A stretch of 64,000 nucleotides of DNA from an uncultured SAR116 cluster alpha proteobacterium (lineage in GTDB: Bacteria > Pseudomonadota > Alphaproteobacteria > Puniceispirillales > Marisalimonadaceae), in assembly GCA_902616615.1 (NCBI GenBank), contig CACMTN010000006.1:23438-87437 (forward strand), in the 5' to 3' direction. Under the pieces are notes generated by a model. The model was not told where the DNA came from and did no database searches. It saw only the letters and a list, made by a program, of their open reading frames with translations. The position numbers and the translations under genes were made by a program. This document shows positions 61,947-64,000 of this stretch, piece by piece; position 1 is the first letter of the stretch, and each line of letters starts with the position of its first letter.

Positions 61947-63220
61947 ATAGTTATACTAACAAAAATACTGAAAAAATTTATATCACAGGTGAAAAAAAGT
62001 TAACTGGAAGTGTTAACATTAGTGGAGCTAAAAATGCTGCTTTGCCATTAATGGCGCTATCTTTAATAATTAATAAAGATTTCAATCTTTATAATGTTCC
62101 AGACTTAGCTGACACTAGACTAATGTCTAATTTGTTAATTGATTTAGGTATTAAAATAAATTGGAAAAAAGGAAATCTAAACTTTTACGGAAAACCAAAA
62201 AAAGACGAGGCATCTGACGATTTAGTTAGACAAATGAGAGCTTCGATTCTTGTTTTAGGTCCTTTGTTAGCGTCAAAAGGTTCAGCAAAAGTACCTCTTC
62301 CAGGTGGTTGTGCCATAGGGAGTAGACCTATCGATTTACATGTTATGGTTATGGAAGCGCTTGGAGCTAATGTTTCATTTGATAGTGGTTTTATAATTAG
62401 TTCTCTAAGTAATGAAGGTCTCAAAGGAGGAGTTATTAATTTTCCCAAAGTCTCGGTAGGTGCTACTGAAAGTGCAATAATGACTGCTGTGTTAGCAAAG
62501 GGTCAAACCAAAATTTTAAATGCGGCAAGAGAACCTGAAGTAACTGACTTAGCAAATTGTTTAAATAAAGCGGGTGCTGATATAAAAGGTTTAGGAACTG
62601 ACAATTTAGTAATCAATGGTGTAAAAGAATTACACGAAGTTACCCATTCTGTTGTTTCAGATAGAATAGAGGCAGGATCATTTGCAATAGCATCAAGTAT
62701 CACTATGGGTAAAGTAGAAATAAATAATATTAACCCTGAGAATTTAATAGAATTTATAAATGTTCTTAAATTGACTGGAAGTAAAATTGAAATTTTTAAT
62801 AATTCAATGAAAGTTTCTTGTTCTCAAAGACCTAAACCTTATGATGTGGTTACAGATCCTTATCCTGGATTTCCTACAGATTTACAAGCCCAATACATGG
62901 CACTTATGGCTATAGCAGATGGGAAAACATTAATCAAAGAAACAATTTTTGAAAATAGATTTATGCATGTTCCTGAATTAATGAGAATGGGAGCAAAAAT
63001 ATCAGTAAATCGTCAAGAAGCAGAAATCTATGGCGTAAAAAAATTAAAAGGTGCTAGAGTGATGGCCTCTGATTTAAGAGCTTCAATGTGTTTAATACTT
63101 GGGGCACTAGCTGCTTCTGGTATAAGCGAAATTGATGGTTTGTATCATTTAGATAGAGGGTATGAAAATTTAGAAGATAAATTAGCTGATTTGGGTGCAA
63201 TAATAAAAAGATCAAATTAA
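61943..63220 (+). CDS. murA: UDP-N-acetylglucosamine 1-carboxyvinyltransferase
   Basis: GAKNAALP, MRASILVLGPL, LPGGCAIG.RPIDLH (active Cys), PYPGFPTDLQAQ. Confidence 0.99.
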   Translation: MNSYTNKNTEKIYITGEKKLTGSVNISGAKNAALPLMALSLIINKDFNLYNVPDLADTRLMSNLLIDLGIKINWKKGNLNFYGKPKKDEASDDLVRQMRASILVLGPLLASKGSAKVPLPGGCAIGSRPIDLHVMVMEALGANVSFDSGFIISSLSNEGLKGGVINFPKVSVGATESAIMTAVLAKGQTKILNAAREPEVTDLANCLNKAGADIKGLGTDNLVINGVKELHEVTHSVVSDRIEAGSFAIASSITMGKVEINNINPENLIEFINVLKLTGSKIEIFNNSMKVSCSQRPKPYDVVTDPYPGFPTDLQAQYMALMAIADGKTLIKETIFENRFMHVPELMRMGAKISVNRQEAEIYGVKKLKGARVMASDLRASMCLILGALAASGISEIDGLYHLDRGYENLEDKLADLGAIIKRSN

Positions 63221-63248
63221 TATTGATAAAAATTTTAGAGTAAATTTA

Positions 63249-63668
63249 ATGTCTATTGAAAACAAAATCCGACTAAATGCCTTAAACAATGATGATTTAA
63301 AGATATTTTCATTTCTTTGCCAAGATGCCATAATTTCTAAAGAAGAAATTTTTTATGATGAAACAAAAAAAATATTTGTAGCTACACTAACTAGATATTG
63401 TTGGGAGCAACAAGAATTAAATGATAAAAACATAAATTATAGAGTAGTAACTGGTCTGCAAATTAAAGATGTAAATAATGTTGAATATATTAATTTTAAA
63501 TCTAAATATTTTTTCTATAATTTACTAGCTATAACTTATGAAAAAGCAAATATTTTTCTTAATTTATCAATGTCTTCAAAAATAAAGTTAGATTGTAACA
63601 AAATTAATGCTACTATTGAGGATATAGACATTCCCTGGCCAACTAAACTAAAACCTTTGCATAAATAA
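63249..63668 (+). CDS. DUF2948 family protein
   Basis: L.A...DDL.I.S...QDA, RYCWE, LLAI, D...PW; usual position after murA. Confidence 0.85.
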   Translation: MSIENKIRLNALNNDDLKIFSFLCQDAIISKEEIFYDETKKIFVATLTRYCWEQQELNDKNINYRVVTGLQIKDVNNVEYINFKSKYFFYNLLAITYEKANIFLNLSMSSKIKLDCNKINATIEDIDIPWPTKLKPLHK

Positions 63669-63686
63669 TTTTATAGGAAATCATTA

Positions 63687-64000
63687 ATGACTTTAAACAA
63701 AAGTTTAAATATTGCGTTGCCAAAGGGTAGAATTTTGGATTCAGTACTTCCGATTTTATTAAAAGTAGGCATTGAACCTGAAAAATCTTTTTTTGATAGA
63801 AATGACCGTAAGTTAAAGTTTAAAACGAACATTAATAATATAGAAATAATAAGAGTTAGATCTTTTGACGTTGTTACATTTTTAGCTTATGGCGCTGCTC
63901 AAATGGCGTTTGTAGGAAGTGATATTTTAGACGAATTTAATCATGCTGAGGTTTATTCTCCCTTAGATTTAAACATAGGTAACTGCAAAATGGTTGTTGC
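63687..64000 (+). CDS. hisG: ATP phosphoribosyltransferase (3' truncated by window)
   Basis: Manual translation: MTLNKSLNIALPKGRIL...RKL.F...IIRVRSFDVVTFLAYGAAQMAFVGSDILDEF...PLDLNIGNCKM. Confidence 0.95.
   Translation, partial: MTLNKSLNIALPKGRILDSVLPILLKVGIEPEKSFFDRNDRKLKFKTNINNIEIIRVRSFDVVTFLAYGAAQMAFVGSDILDEFNHAEVYSPLDLNIGNCKMVV

Noticed and set aside
1134-62703. Numerous 60-135 aa ORFs antisense to or nested in housekeeping genes (e.g. 1134-1349, 16135-16542, 28984-29292, 40831-41235, 48414-48785)
   Set aside because: Shadow ORFs of well-supported genes with no recognisable motifs; typical of codon bias on the opposite strand
1-64000. CRISPR arrays, IS elements, rRNA, retron or DGR-type systems
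   Set aside because: No regularly spaced repeats and no transposase, reverse transcriptase or Cas motifs; intergenic gaps are too short to hide them

Overview
AT-rich (roughly 30% GC by eye), very gene-dense chromosomal segment of a streamlined, free-living-type alphaproteobacterium. Gene order and protein signatures (tandem-domain LptA, ChvI/ChvG, FzlA, ATP12, TIGR02300) suggest a marine Rhodospirillales/SAR116-like low-GC lineage; this placement is inference. The window is mostly core housekeeping: the distal S10, spc and alpha ribosomal operons (rpsC to rplQ), rluC-HAD-ATP12, lipB, polA, chvIG-ahcY-tsaE-exonuclease I-trxA, folC-accD-trpABF-ihfB-rpsA-cmk-aroA, ptsN-lptBAC-rnd, uppP, gltBD, fzlA, thrS-infC-rpmI-rplT-pheST, murA and the start of hisG. 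It also holds three CCA-encoding tRNAs (Leu-GAG, Ala-GGC, Thr-GGT). I found no CRISPR array, IS, integrase or rRNA, and I cannot claim a clearly novel multi-gene system. The best leads are: (1) a flavodoxin-less CysJ-type FAD/NADPH reductase plus a VtlR-like LysR directly upstream of gltBD; (2) an exonuclease I gene sitting where amgK-murU-addB-addA usually lie; (3) a small accessory cluster around tRNA-Leu with an RxxxxH HEPN-like protein and a 4-Cys small protein; (4) a dehydrogenase split by a -1 frameshift at a T7 run; (5) an orphan ptsN, with rpoN, hpf, hprK, ptsH and kdsD missing from their usual loci; and (6) an ATA-start infC that the ORF track truncated.
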